Shown here: in pieces, positions 36,277-49,638 of the stretch
Layout of the letters: every line of letters begins with the position of its first letter
How positions within the stretch are numbered: the first letter of the stretch is position 1
Source: Selaginella moellendorffii
Lineage: Eukaryota; Plantae; Lycopodiophyta
Assembly: GCF_000143415.4 (NCBI RefSeq)
Contig: NW_003314384.1
Coordinates: 372,001-436,000 of the forward strand
DNA length: 64,000 nt
Reading direction: 5' to 3'
Position numbers and translations under genes: made by a program
Notes under the pieces: model-generated
What the model saw: only the letters and a program-made list of their open reading frames with translations
Database searches by the model: none
What the model was told of the DNA's origin: nothing

Positions 36277-39200
36277 GATTTTGACTTTCTTTTGAATTGG
36301 CAGCTTCTAGAAATCTAACATATTGTCCACCATCTGGTTTGTGTCAACTCCTTGCTTGATTCATTTTCTCCATAACTTTAGGATCTCTCCACATGCCTCC
36401 TCTCTATTCATCAACAAACCATCCCATGCCTCCACCTCAAAGGAGAAGAAACTGTTCAAACTTCACCTCCATTCTGTAGGATCCCAATCCAAGTCTTTGA
36501 TCAGTTGCTGATGCCACCACTTGAGTGTGCCATTCCCCTCAAGTGGGTTGGTGATTGCATAATGACTAGCTATTTTGGTGCCTAGTGAAGCACTCAAATC
36601 CTCCCCTTGACCTTGTCATTAGTCACCATCAGCATGTACTACTCTTCTCCCATTGGTAGCAGCATATCCTCCCTTGTCACCTAGAAGGGGCAACCTACAT
36701 AGAGAGACTATGAACTAAACTTCCACATCGCCATCTCCCCATGCTAGTGATGGGGCCATGAACACTTGAGTCCACGTGCAGCTTAACTCGTTCTCCATCT
36801 GGCTCAATCTCCCATTGCAGCATTACAAAGTCCCTGGGTTTAAAGCACCTTCTCGGCCAAGGTTGTTCCCTCTTTGCCTCAACCATGGAGGATTTTAGAT
36901 CTACATGAACTTTGCAACTCTTGCTTGGGTTGAAGACTTGCATCCTCTTTGTGGTCTTCCTGCAGACCTTGTCCAACACTCCCATAAGCTGTTTCAGTGT
37001 CCAAAAGCCCCCTATGTGCAGCTTCTTCAATATCGTGTAGTGGTCCTCTCTAACCAGCATTTGGTTACCAGCCCTGAACAATTCGTTAAAGAATAATGGC
37101 TGGTTCAGTCAATCCTCCAAATTTGAGCTTGCATTCCTCGTCCATATATGGAGGCTAACACTAAAAAGAAAAACTCGCTGAACGAGTGTAGCTTATTGCC
37201 CCCTTTTCCATTTCTTCAGATTTTTCTTCAGCTCTTCTATAGCTTCTAGTAATTCATCATTCATAGTACCAGCTAGCCTTTCACCGGCCCAAACAGTTGA
37301 CAAAGGTGGAACCTACAGAACAAACCACATAACATATGACTTTCAAAGCTTACCATAGCTTTTTCTTTGGAATGTTCACTCAGGCTTACTTCTTTGAAGG
37401 CCAGCTCTCCTGCTCATGGGCATGGTTGGTCCCAACCACGTTCAGCCAGAATCCTGACCGCCGCCGAATGTGGTCAGCCGAATGCAGTCGGACAGTTCCG
37501 TTCGGCAAAAAAAATGGTGATCGCACTCATAGGGGCTAGATTTCTGATGCTGCTACAGCTATCGCCATTGCCACTGCATCTCCACTGCTTTGCTGTTCTC
37601 CTGCTGCTATGTATGGAGCGATCCATCCATCCACAAATGCCCAGCCCAGCAAGCCTATATAGAATCTGATGAAGAGGGCTATAGCCTATAGGAGCTGCAT
37701 GCATACCAAGCTCTACAGGGCAACACTCTCCAGTCGGTCAGCCTTTGCTTTCGATTGAGCATGGAGCAGCTTGCTGAGGCCTCGCAAATCACCTAGTCCA
37801 CAACGCTTGAAATTTTTGCCCTAAAATGGAAATTACGATTCCAGTGATTTCAGAGATTTGATTCTAGCAATTCTGGCACAATTGAGCAATGGTGCCCGAT
37901 TGGGCATGGTCCCATGTTACCAAGTTCACTCCTTATGCTTCCAGCAAAGGAGTTGGGTGTTGGAAATGTAATTATTGTGGAAAAATGTATGGTGGTCTGC
38001 CAAAACGAATTAAGGCACATTTTGCTAAAATTTCTGGGCATGATATTGAAGCATGTAGTGCTTCAAATGTGTCTCTTCATGTTCAGAACCAAATTCACCA
38101 AATGTTTATGGAGAAAATTGCAAATACCCCTTTGTCTTTAGTTTCTACAACAAATCTATAGAGTAGGCATTTTGATGGAGCATTTGTTGGTTTATGGTGT
38201 ATGTAGAAGTTGGTTTATGTACACAGTAACACCAGAGTGGTGGTGTGAGACACAAAATCCCTAGGCCCCAAAGTGGAGCCGGAAAGGGTGCCATGTGGTA
38301 GTGGCCAAAGCGAAAGCCCAAACGAGTGTAACACGTTTGGACTAAAAGCTCTGACTTGGAAGGTTGAGAGCGGGAGTGGAACTCCCAACAAAGTGCTCAA
38401 GGAGCGAGCACGAAGCGAGCAATAAGCAAGGCTCCAAAAAGGGACCCAAAAAGGACCAACACATATATCTCTCGACTTCTGGATGATATGATAATGATGC
38501 CAAAGCAATCAAACTTGTCAGTTCCACTAGCATATTATCAGGAAGGTTGTATGTATATCATGAATTCCCTTCATCATCAGCTTCTGGAGCATCACATTCC
38601 TTGTAGTAGCATAGGTTCATTTGAAAATCAGCAGAATCAACTGGAAGATTAGTTAATTCAAGCACTTCCCTTGTGTCCCTCTAGGTATTGTTCACTTTTT
38701 TCCTCATGGAAAGAATTCGACCAACATATTAAACAAACTTCAAATGACTTCCTTCCAAACCACAATGCACAATCACTCCCAATGCCAAGAGCTGTTTGTG
38801 CACTAAGATTTCTTCCTGGTTCATAAACTGTCAAGTTATTCTTCACCCGTGTGAGCCGGTCTTTGGAGAGAAATGGATTTCCATTTAGCTGAGAAACGAT
38901 GGTTGACTTGCAGATTTTCTTCCTGTCAACCAAAACTGTTGCTTCCACTTTTAATGACTCAGAATCTTCAATATGATGCAGAACAGCATCAAAAGTATGC
39001 CTCAGTTCACTTGCTGCTTCAGTAGCTTCTTCAGTAGCTTCTTCTCCTACTATATGTTCCTCTTCAAACTAATCGACTATATCATCCTCTCTGGAATTTT
39101 CTGAAACCTTGTGAAAATCCTCAAAATCTTCAGGTTTATCCCACCAATCTCTTCCAGATATGCCAAGGCCATGAAGAAGTTCTTGTGCTTTGGCTTTACC

Positions 39201-40067
39201 CTGAATCAGCTCATTAACTATCAGAGCATCTGTCTCTACCGAACTGTAATCCCCTAAGTCCGCTACTACTCTCTTCCCATCATGCTCTATCTTTTCCCAA
39301 ATATTTTCCTGTTTCCTGTGAGCTTTAGAGAAAAGCAATGTACCTGCTGCCTTGCATTCTGCTAGCATGTTCATATTAGTCACACTATGAACAACATCAG
39401 CTCCGTCATAACACCATTCATTCCCGATCATTCCTCCTATTTTGGAGAAAAAGTTCTTGCAAATGTCAGAACCAGTTCTATTAATTGGGACTGGCAAATG
39501 TGAATGGTGATCCCAAAAATATCTATCTCAAAAGCAAAATTAACAAAAGAAAAATATATATGAAACATACCTGATTAGAAGGATGACAAAGTGATATGAT
39601 AATTGAATGTCCAAGAAGGTTTCCTTGCTGATGAAGTTGTGTTCCAAGTTCCACTTGCTTTCCTTCAGAATCCACAACCTCCATAAACAAAAGAAGAAGG
39701 ACACCATTGATGCAGCTCTCACTCGCTCTCCAAGGCTCAAGTACGGGTGCAAAAAGATATCAATATATGATGCCACCACAGCAAGATAAGTTTCGGTCCC
39801 CAGCGTACGTGAAGGTTTTCTATATGTTGTTTCTCGCATAATTGAAAGACAAACTTGCACTGGCCTGCTACAAAGTCACTGAGCAGCACCCCAGTTTTGT
39901 TTATCAGAGTGCCTGACATCCCCAAGTGGCAGTCTGTGTTTACCATGAAACTTTTCAAAAACTTCCCAAATGTCATTCAAATGCACAAACTCATCCCCTA
40001 GAAACAGTTGTCTTATTGCACTATGCAATGGACTTCTTCCCATTATGCACATGTATCAAAAGGTTCC
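36277..40067 (+). repeat. Duplication unit 3, internally deleted: LINE piece, hAT left part (from 37421) and LTR start (38244-38464) fused to the P-like transposase 3' part
   Basis: 36277-38464 corresponds to 4535-6638 and 38465-40067 to 19327-20929. Confidence 0.92.
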
Positions 40068-42105
40068 CTATTGAGTTCCACTTTCCAGAGAATAGCCACC
40101 CTGACCAAGGTATAGAGTAAGTTCCTGTTGTTGTATCTCCTAGACTCATGTCTTCAAGCATTAGTCTATGGCTTCTCTAATCTCCATCTGATGAATGGCC
40201 AATTAGGGGGCCAACAACATTGTGAAGGTGCTGCTCCCATATTTGATGGATTGAGTTCCATTGTTGTCGAACATCTGGAGCTGCAAACTGATTACAAGTA
40301 AGTTAAATAGAGAGAACCAAGCACAACAACTGTCTGTGCAATGGATTAACCATCAACACTCGTGCATAGTGAGCTTTCTCGTTGTCCAGAAAAGCCTGAG
40401 TGATCTGTTCATAACCTGCTTCTCCATTCCCAACCTTCACGACAAAACTGTTCACACACTTGTGACCCTCCCCCTTCTTTCCACAAAACCCAAGCAAAGC
40501 ATCATCACGAGCAATCCATTTAATCATCCTTTTAATAACTGTTTTGCCTTTTGCAATCAAAACAGGCACACTCCCTAGCTTGAGCTGTAAATTCTCCATC
40601 TTGAACTTGTAAACCTTAGAAAGGTTTTAAAATATCTCAGATTGCAAACCGATTATGTATCTAAAGTTTGTTCTCATGTCATGCTTTGTTGTCGACAAAC
40701 TCAGCAATCCAAGGTTCAAGTGAAGGAAGTTGTTAAGCCTGCTCCCCCCCCTCCCCCCCCCCCATTTTTCTTACTCGCAAAATCCATTTTGTGGTTTCAT
40801 GGTACCTGTTAAGAGTGTAAGGAAAAAACTTTGAATAAATAAAAAAATACCTCATTCCTTTTTTTTTCCTAGTTATTCCCTGCAGAAAACCCTGCATCAC
40901 ATGAAGAACCATCTCCTTGCCCTTGAATTTGCCTTGTTGCCAAGCTTCTTTGAGGTCAGAGTTAAATTTTCTGATATCCTTGCGAATGGCGCTTTCCTTC
41001 AAAGTTTCTTTTAAGCTCCGGCAATGAATTGAAAGAGCTGCTATCCTGCATCTTGTGGTTGATAGTTCCAATGCTAGCCTTCTATTCTCTGCTTGCACTA
41101 GCCTGCTGCTATCTATGTGCTCAGCTGTAGTCATGTAATCAAGTCTCATTCCATGCCTCTTCAATCTTTGTCCTTGTGGTATTGTTGCTTTGCTTTCCCG
41201 TAAAGCACGTCCTTTGAAGTCACTACAAGCTGGTATTGTCATATAAAACTTGCACTGCTTGTTCTTGAATCCACAGATGTTGTTTGTCACTCTTAGACAT
41301 TGTTTTGATTTGAATGTTTTGTTGACAACAACACCATCTGCTACTGCTTTGAAGTTTGGATCATAGAACCAACAACCTCCTTCTTTTACATCTTGGAGAA
41401 GAAGATGAAAATTCATAGAACTCAAGCCATATTTGTAATCGTTTGCCAGTATCCAAAGCAAAGTCTTTCAATTCCTATCAACATACAACAAATTATACTA
41501 TACAAGAAATGACACTATGTAAAGCATATGAAATGCTACTTACTTGAAGACTCATCTGAAGATGCTATGAAGTTCTGAGAAGAACTGCTTGATGAGGCTC
41601 CTTTTCCTAAAAAAATTTAAACAACACATATTATTAACTTTACAAAAACTAGAATGCAATTTTTTACCTTGTGTGAAATAGCTAAGGAGGTTTCCTTGTT
41701 TATTGTCAGTGTTTGCAACTTTAGTTGGCCGACCTCCAGTGCTTCTTTCTTGGCCAGCATTCTTGTGCTTATTCCTAGAAATGTGAACCATCAGATTGTT
41801 TAGGAGACTCCCAACAGGAGGAAAAAGCATTAACGTCTTCTCACAATGCTTGCAATAAACCCAACTGTTATTCCTCCTCTCATAATTTCCTACACTTGGT
41901 TCGTCGAGACTGATGCAAATGTTAGTTCTCATCGCAAAACCTTTCCACGGTTGCATTCATCAACTTCTCCACTTAGTTTTTTATTTCCTCATGACTAGTA
42001 AGTTCAGCAGCTTCATTAACACCCTCAATAGAACTTTCCACATTATCTTTTTCCTGATCATTTTTCTCCTGCTGCAGCTGCTTTTTCGTGTAGTTTGCTT
42101 CATGC

Positions 42106-45100
42106 TGTGAGACATAAATCCCTAAACCCCAAAGTGGAGCCGCAAGGGTGCCGACGTGGTAGTGGCCAAAACAAAAGCCAAACAAGCGTAACACGTTTGG
42201 ACTAAAAGGCTCCGACTTGAAAAGTCGAGAGCGGGAGTGGAACTCCCAACGGAGTGCTCAAGGAATGAGAATGAAGCGAGCAATAAGCAAGGCTCCAAAA
42301 GGGGGCCCAAAAGGACCAACACATGACACGTGGAAGTGTCCGAGATGGAGTCCGAGATGGACCCGAGTTGGAGTTCGAGATGGAGTTCAAGGTGGACCCG
42401 AGATGGAGTCCGAGGTGGAGCCTGAGATGGAGTCTGAGGTGGAGCTCGAGATGGACCCGAGTTGGAGTCCGAGGTGGAGTCCGAGATGGACCCGAGTTGG
42501 AGTCCGATGTGGAGTTCGAGATGGAGTCTGAGGTGGACCCAAGATGGAGTCCGAGAAGGACCCGAGATGGAGTCCAAGATGGACCCGAGATGGAGTCCGA
42601 GATGGACCCAAGATGGAGTCCGAGATGGAGTCCGAGATGGAGTCCGAGATGGACCGAGACAGAGTCCGAGATTGAGTCTGAGATGGAGTCTGAGGTCAAG
42701 ACCGAGACCGGGACCAAGACCGAGACTGAGACTAAGACCGAGACCAAGACCGGGACCGAGACCGAGACCGAGGCCGAGGCCGAGACCGAGCCTGGGCCTG
42801 AGGCCGAGTCCGAGTCCGAGTCCGAGTCCGAGTCCGAGTCTGAGTTCGAGTCTGAGAGGGTGAAAGCCCAAAGCATTCGTCTCCCAAACCCTAGGGGGTT
42901 TGGTGAGCTCCAAAAGTATAGTAAGGGGGAGGACTGCAGTGGGGCCAGTTTGGCTAGGAAAGGCCAGTTTGGCCCAGGAAGACTATACCCCGTGTTGGGT
43001 GATGAGCTGCCCACTGAGAAGTCCGAGACTAAAGTGAATATGGACCGACAAGCAGGGTAGCTTGGTGAAGTGTTCAAGAGCCGGCTCTAGTTCCCCCGGG
43101 AGATCGACTGGCCAATGCTCCCAGTCCAAGTGTGGGTGGCACTACCTACTTGGATACCAGGCGTGGCTCAACGGAACCTTGCTCTAAGCCCATGGTTAGA
43201 GCACCTAAAGGCGGAAGGTGGGGAGAGTACCCATGAGGCCCGCGTAGGGCCACAGTGTTCCGAAATGTCGTCCCAAACTCCCAGACTGTGGAAAGGAAGA
43301 AGAGCAGTCCTCTGGAGTAGAGACCAAGGATATAGTCGTGTGGCAAGGAAGTCCCAGAGGACCGTGGGATTTAGTGGTCGGGCCTGTGGGCCTCAATCCA
43401 GTGGCAGTGTTGGCAAACACGGCCATGAGCAGACAGGGACTTGGTGGGGACTAGAAAAAGGATATTGGGGAAGGCTATTCCCCATGTCTGTGGGCATCCT
43501 AAGGATGCTAAGGAGTGGATCTGGGATGATCACTCATGGATGGATGGCCCAGACTTGGAGAGACAGGATTGCAGTGCAGGTGGTGTTAGACCACCGATGT
43601 GACCAAAGTGAATGAGCGTGGCCTAGTGTAATGGGCTCATATATCGGTGGTACCTTGGGGTGTCGGTTATGGGATCGGACACGTGGAGCACTTGGACCAA
43701 GTGCAAAGGCTGAATGGCATGGATGCCATTCTCGGGGCTAGCAAGCCCCAAGTCTTGAATGGGACTTATGGAGGTTGTGAATGAAACTCCTCCAAGTGGT
43801 CAGAGGTGTAGTTAAGTGACTAAAGTAGAATGGAAAAATTAGTCGCTTACAACTTGGTATCGGAGCTATTCCTTAGTCCGACTCTTATTAGTGGCCAAGT
43901 ATATCACCACTTGTATTGGAACTAGAAGGTCCTAGATATGGACCTATCCTCGAGGAGTAGCATGTCGAGAGGACATGGCTCTCCACTGAAGTTCATGTGT
44001 GAACTTGTGCACGATATGGTGGATGGAAAAGGGCCAGTAAGGGAACGACTTTGGGATCTTGGGAACAGTATAAGGGTTTCTTTAGAGAGCTGAGGATGTG
44101 ATCCAGATGAGTGTTTGAGGCAACAAATGAGCTAATGTAGTTGTGGTAAACAACTATAGTTGGGATCACGGGAAAGATGCAGACTCCAAGACAATAACGG
44201 AGTCACAAGATTACCCTCATATAGTTAAGGCTGGTGCTCATAACTTTGAGACTGGAATTTGTGACCGTGGGAGGTCAAATACAGAAGAGGACACCAGTCC
44301 TTGAAATGGTAGCCGGGGCTATCTCTAATAAATGCTGGAACAACCCAAGGAGTTGGGGTTGTACTTAAAGATGAGTTGCTATTCTCATCACATGGACAAG
44401 TAGTCCTAAGGGGCAAAGGTTAGCCCCAAGAAAATCATCAAGTGTTGGAGTAACACTTGTAAAGATGGTCGTTATGAGTAGGACATGAATACAAGTTGTA
44501 TTCTAGCGAGTTGGCACCTCAAAAATTAAGACCTTGCAAGTTGTTGGATTTGCAAAGTCCAAAATGCTAGATGACTCAAGTGGAGTCATGGAATGGTCCT
44601 AATGGATTAGTTGAAGCATTTGGACTGAGGTGTATGGTGCCCTATGAGGTATGGGGAAGATCATAAGATCCAAGTATAAGAACAGTAGGTATCTCACTGA
44701 TGGCAGGATGTGCCATACTAAAGTTGTGGGAAAGATGTTCCCAGAAAAAAGCAACTTTGGCCCAGAGTTGGGTGTAAACACTATGGTGCGGTGCTAACGG
44801 ATAATTAGCATGAGGAACAACCATATTAGTTTTGGCAAAGACTTAGACATTAAAAGTAATGTCATAAGGATAGATTCGTGGAGCCAATGGTGTGGAGACA
44901 CCAAATGTGCCAAGGTGAGATACCCTGAGGTTATGTTGGTGGGTTCATAAGAACCCCTTGCCAAGGGAATCCCAACGGAAATGGGAATAGCATAGCCTAA
45001 ACTGGAATGCATGCAGTTAGAGTGTGGTGACCCAAATAATGATGGAGGTGTGGAAGCACCAGCAATGAGTTGTAGGACTTAATAACTATGAGGCAACTAA

Positions 45101-48100
45101 GCAAAAGGTGCGAAATAATTGGTTAAATTGGTAGAAGTTAACTACCTAAGACTTCTTATAGGGATAAGAAAGTTAGATATACCCTTATAGGGGAGAAATT
45201 GCTTATGTTGTGAAATAGTAAGTCAATGTTGTAAAGGGAATGCTCATTGCTAAAGAGGGCCATCATTGGGACACCCAAACACTCTAAAACACCAGGAAGT
45301 GATGTTTGGTGTCGCAAGGGCATTAGATAAGGCCCAAGGGACTAAGTCCCTAGCAAATTATGGATAGGAGGTGCTATCCAAATGTCCAAGGTTCTGGAAA
45401 TGGGAGAAATCTGTCTACCTGATTTGGACATAGCCAAAAATGGGATTTTGGCAAGGCTAGTGATAGGCATATCGAGTCCCATAAGTAGCAACGTTAATCC
45501 CGGTGTGTGGGATTATAAAGTGAGCATGCCCAGATTGAAGAACCACTCCCTAAGCTATTGGGTAAGTTCATCCCTATGAATATTTGCTAAGGCATGGTAA
45601 AAGGTGCAAAGCTATCCTCTTAGTCTTGAGGAGAATAACCAAGGGAAACATATGAGGCCAAAAGGCAAGTAGTATTGGGATGGAACGGAACCATAGAAAT
45701 CAAAGGGCATAACTAACGATGGTTATGCAAGTTGGGAGTGGAGAATCAAAAGGGTGCTCAAGGATGTTACTATTAGCAACCATAATGCCATGGAGAGTCT
45801 AAAATATGGAATTATCCATATTAGACCATGTGGTGAGTAGGGAGCTTGCAAAAGAGAAGCCTTAGCAAGCTAAGAATCAGAGTTCCTTGAAGGTTCCCAA
45901 AGACAATTCTGGGTAGATAAGTACCTAGAAAGCCAAGTGTAAATGGTTCCTAGAGCGCGTGAAATCAGAGTGGCGCAGCAGAAGCGTGGTCTTGAATCTG
46001 GCCATAAAGCGAGGCTATCAAGGCTGGGGAAGTAGTTCCCAAGTGTACAAAGAGAGGGCTTTGAACGAAAGTCGATGATTAAAAACTTTCAAGCTTATGC
46101 ATAAACCATGTTACGATGGCCGGATGACTTGCTAAGTGAAATTGGCAAGTTGGGGGAATGAATCCCCTAGTTGAAGGTGTTCACTTCAAAGGGGTGGCCC
46201 ATGGGGCCGAGCATGGAGGAGTCCATGCATGATCACAGACTTGTCAAGTGAGAGGACTTGGCAGTGCGGAGGAACTAGGTTCCTAAGTTGTGATCTATAG
46301 GGCGCTTTAAGTACATGTTGGTGCACCAGCGTGGGGAGTCACGCCAGGCATCCGGTGTGACGCCATCCGTAAATGCATATACGAAGATTGGGTTCGAGTC
46401 TCGACCCTCTAGTGCTTGGGTTCGAGTCCCAAATCATTAGGGCGTGGTGATGGTTTGGAATATGAGGACACTCATATTTCGGTGGTCATGGACTCTCAGT
46501 GAGGAGATTGATTTGGGCACACCGCCAAGCGAGGGATGCCTCAGAGTCGTGATGCAGGGTTAGATTGCTTAGAGTGAAAGCTCGGCATATATAACTTGAA
46601 CACTTCGGTGCAAAGGGCACCAAGGACATGGTGAATGAGATGGGGACACCCAATCTCAGTTGCTATGGATCCTTGGCCGGAAGGGCTGGCTTGGGCACAC
46701 CGCCAAGTGTGGGGGATGCCCCCGGGGTCATAGTCAACAATTTAAAAGGGTTTGGAAGACTTAGTTCCTATTGATAGACCTATTAAGGGGTCAAGATGAG
46801 ATCACTAGGTGATCTTGTGGCTAAACAAGAACAAGGTCTTTGTTTGGGTTAAGGAATGTGATTCCTAGTTCAAAGTGTTAATTTGAATTATTGATAAAGG
46901 TGCGGCTTGGTCAAGGTGACCAAGTGGGAAGAACACTTAAGGGAAATGAGCTATGTCAATGCTATGGCATAGAAAGTCCGAGGAAAGTAGTATCTATAAG
47001 AGATCCAAAGGAGGGTCTCAAAAAGTTGGGCCATGGATAGAGCCCACGATAAAAAATGTTAAAGAGACATACTAGGGGTGAACACCCTCTGGACTTGGCA
47101 AAGCAAAGTGTTTGTTATGGAACCAAAAGGAAACCTTGAAAATGGAAGTAGCGATTCTATGTTGTTGGGTGCAACAATCAAGGATAGGAGCGAAAGACTA
47201 GTGGCTAAGAAAAGAGCCATGGGAATCATGGGAAAGAATCCAAATGGCAAAGTTAGGCCGAGAACACTAATGTGTTGGGTGCTAACGGATTGTGGGAAAG
47301 GCAATGTTTTCCCAAGGGTGGATTCCCAACCGCTCCAATTCGGCGAAAGTGGATGCTCCAAAGGGGGGAGCGGTAAGGTAGCCAAATAATAGGCAGCCCT
47401 AGCACCAATTATGATAATTGGAACTTAGTGCCAAAGGTGGCACGATATCGAAGAGAGGATGATGGTACCCTCAAGTAAGAACTTCCTAAGATAAGGAAGT
47501 GGAGTTGCACCATGTGCAACGTAAGGTGTTGGAGACACCTAGGAAGTTGACTGTGAGAAGTCAAAATTAAAAGTTCCAAATGCAAAGGTTATGTCCATGG
47601 AATTTGAGACTACTCGAGAATGAGTAGTGGAATTGAGTTAGAGAGGGTGTCTCTAACAAGTTTAGCGGGAACTGAACCAATAAAAGCGAGCAAACCACCC
47701 TAAGTGGTCGAGTGAGTCTCTAGGTTGGAGAGACTATGCTCCTTAGAGGATGGACAAGGCATGGTGAGCCTTCGGGGTCAAACCATAGACAAATACTGGC
47801 TGGGTGCCAAGGATGGGAATGGTAATACCTACGGGTGTTACTTTATAAAAGGGTTTACCATTAGATGAGGACATCGAACTTCATCTATGGGTGGTGGAGT
47901 TGTGAGACACAAATCTCTAAGCCCCAAAGTGGAGCCGAAAGGGTGCCACGTGGTAGTGGCCGAAGCAAAAGCCAAACAAGCGTAACACATTTGGACTAAA
48001 AGGCTCTGACTTGAAAGGTCGAGAGCAGGAGTGGAACTCCCAGTGGAGTGCTCAAGGAATGAGAATGAAGCGAGCAATAAGCAAGGCTCCAAAAGGGGGC

Positions 48101-49638
48101 CCGAAAGGACCAACACATGACACGTGGAAGTGTCCGAGATGGAGTCCGAGATGGACCCGAGTTGGAGTCCAAGATGGAGTCCGAGGTGGACCCGAGATGG
48201 AGTCCGAGGTGGAGTCCGAGATGGACCCGAGTTGGAGTCCGAGGTGGAGTCCGAGATGGACCCGAGGTGGAGTCCGAGGTGGAGTCCGAGATGGAGTCCG
48301 AGGTGGACCCAAGATGGAGTCCGAGATGGAGTCCGAGGTGGACCCAAGATGGAGTCCGAGATGGAGTCCGAGAAGGACCCGAGATGGAGTCCAAGATGGA
48401 CCCGAGATGGAGTTCGAGATGGACCGAGACAGAGTCCGAGATTGAGTCCGAGATGGAATCCGAGATGGAGTCCAAGAAGGACCCGAGATGGAGTCCGAGG
48501 TCAAGACCGAGACCGGGACTGAGACCGAGACCGGGACCGAGACCGAGACCGGGACTGAGACCGAGGCCGAGACCAAGCCCGAGCCCGAGCTCGAGTCCGA
48601 GTTTGAGTCTGAGTCCGAGTTTGAGTCTGAGTTCAAGTCTGAGAGGGTGAAAGCCCAAAGCGTTCGTCTCCCAGACCCTAGGGGGTTTGGTGAGCTCCAA
48701 AAGTATAGTAAGGGGGAGGATTGTAGTGGAGCCAGTTTGGCTAGGAAAGGCTAGTTTGGTCAAGGAAGACTGTACCCCGTGTTGGGTGATGAGCTGCCCA
48801 CTGGGAAGTCCAAGACTAGAGTGAACACAGACTGACAAGCAGGGTAGCTTGGTGAAGTGTTCAAGAGCCGGCTCTAGTTCCCCCAGGAGATCGACTGGCC
48901 AATGCTCCCAGTCCAAGTGTGGGTGGCAATACCTACTTGGATACTAGGCGTGGCTCAACAGATCCTCTCTCTAAGCCCATGGCTAGAGCACCTAAAGGCA
49001 GAAGGCGGGGAGAGTACCCATGAGGCCTGCATAGGGCCACAATGTTCCAAAATGTCGTCCCAAAGTCCCAGACTGTGGAAAGGAAGAAGATTAGTCCTCT
49101 GGAGTAGAGACCAAGGATACATTCGTGTGGCGAGGAAGTCCCAGAGGACTGTGGGACTTAGTGGTCAGGCCTGTGGGCCTCAATCCAGTGGCAGTGTTGG
49201 CAAACACGGCCATGAGCAGACAGGGACTTGGTGGGGACCAGAAAAGGGATATTGGGGAAGGCTATTCCCCATGTCTGTGGGCATCCTAAGGATGCTAAGG
49301 AGTGGATCTGGGATGATCACTCATGGATGGATGGCCCAGTCTTGGAGAGATGGGATTGCAGTGCAGGTGGTGTTAGACCACCGATGTGACCAAGGTGAAT
49401 GAGCGTGGCCTAGCGTAACGGGCTCATATATCGATGGTACCTTGGGGTGTCGGTCATGGGATCGGACACGTGGAGCACTTGGACCAAGTGCAAAGGTTGA
49501 ATGGCATGGATGCCATTCTCGGGGCTAGCAAGCCCTAAGTCCTGAATGGGACTTATGGAGGTTGTGAATGAGACTCCTCTAAGTGGTCAGAGGTGCGGTT
49601 AAGTGACTAAAGTAGAATGGAAAAATTAGTCACTTACA
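42106..49638 (+). mobile_element. Complete LTR retrotransposon with degenerate internal region; LTRs 42106-43851 and 47901-49638
   Basis: TG..CA LTRs, TSD CATGC, tRNA-iMet-type PBS TGGTATCGGAGC (43855-43866) and a purine-rich tract before the 3' LTR. The ~4 kb interior has no long ORF; superfamily not determined (Ty3/gypsy suspected). Confidence 0.92.

Noticed and set aside
40744-40763. Poly-C tract
   Set aside because: A homopolymer expansion within the dead transposase; no evidence of function.
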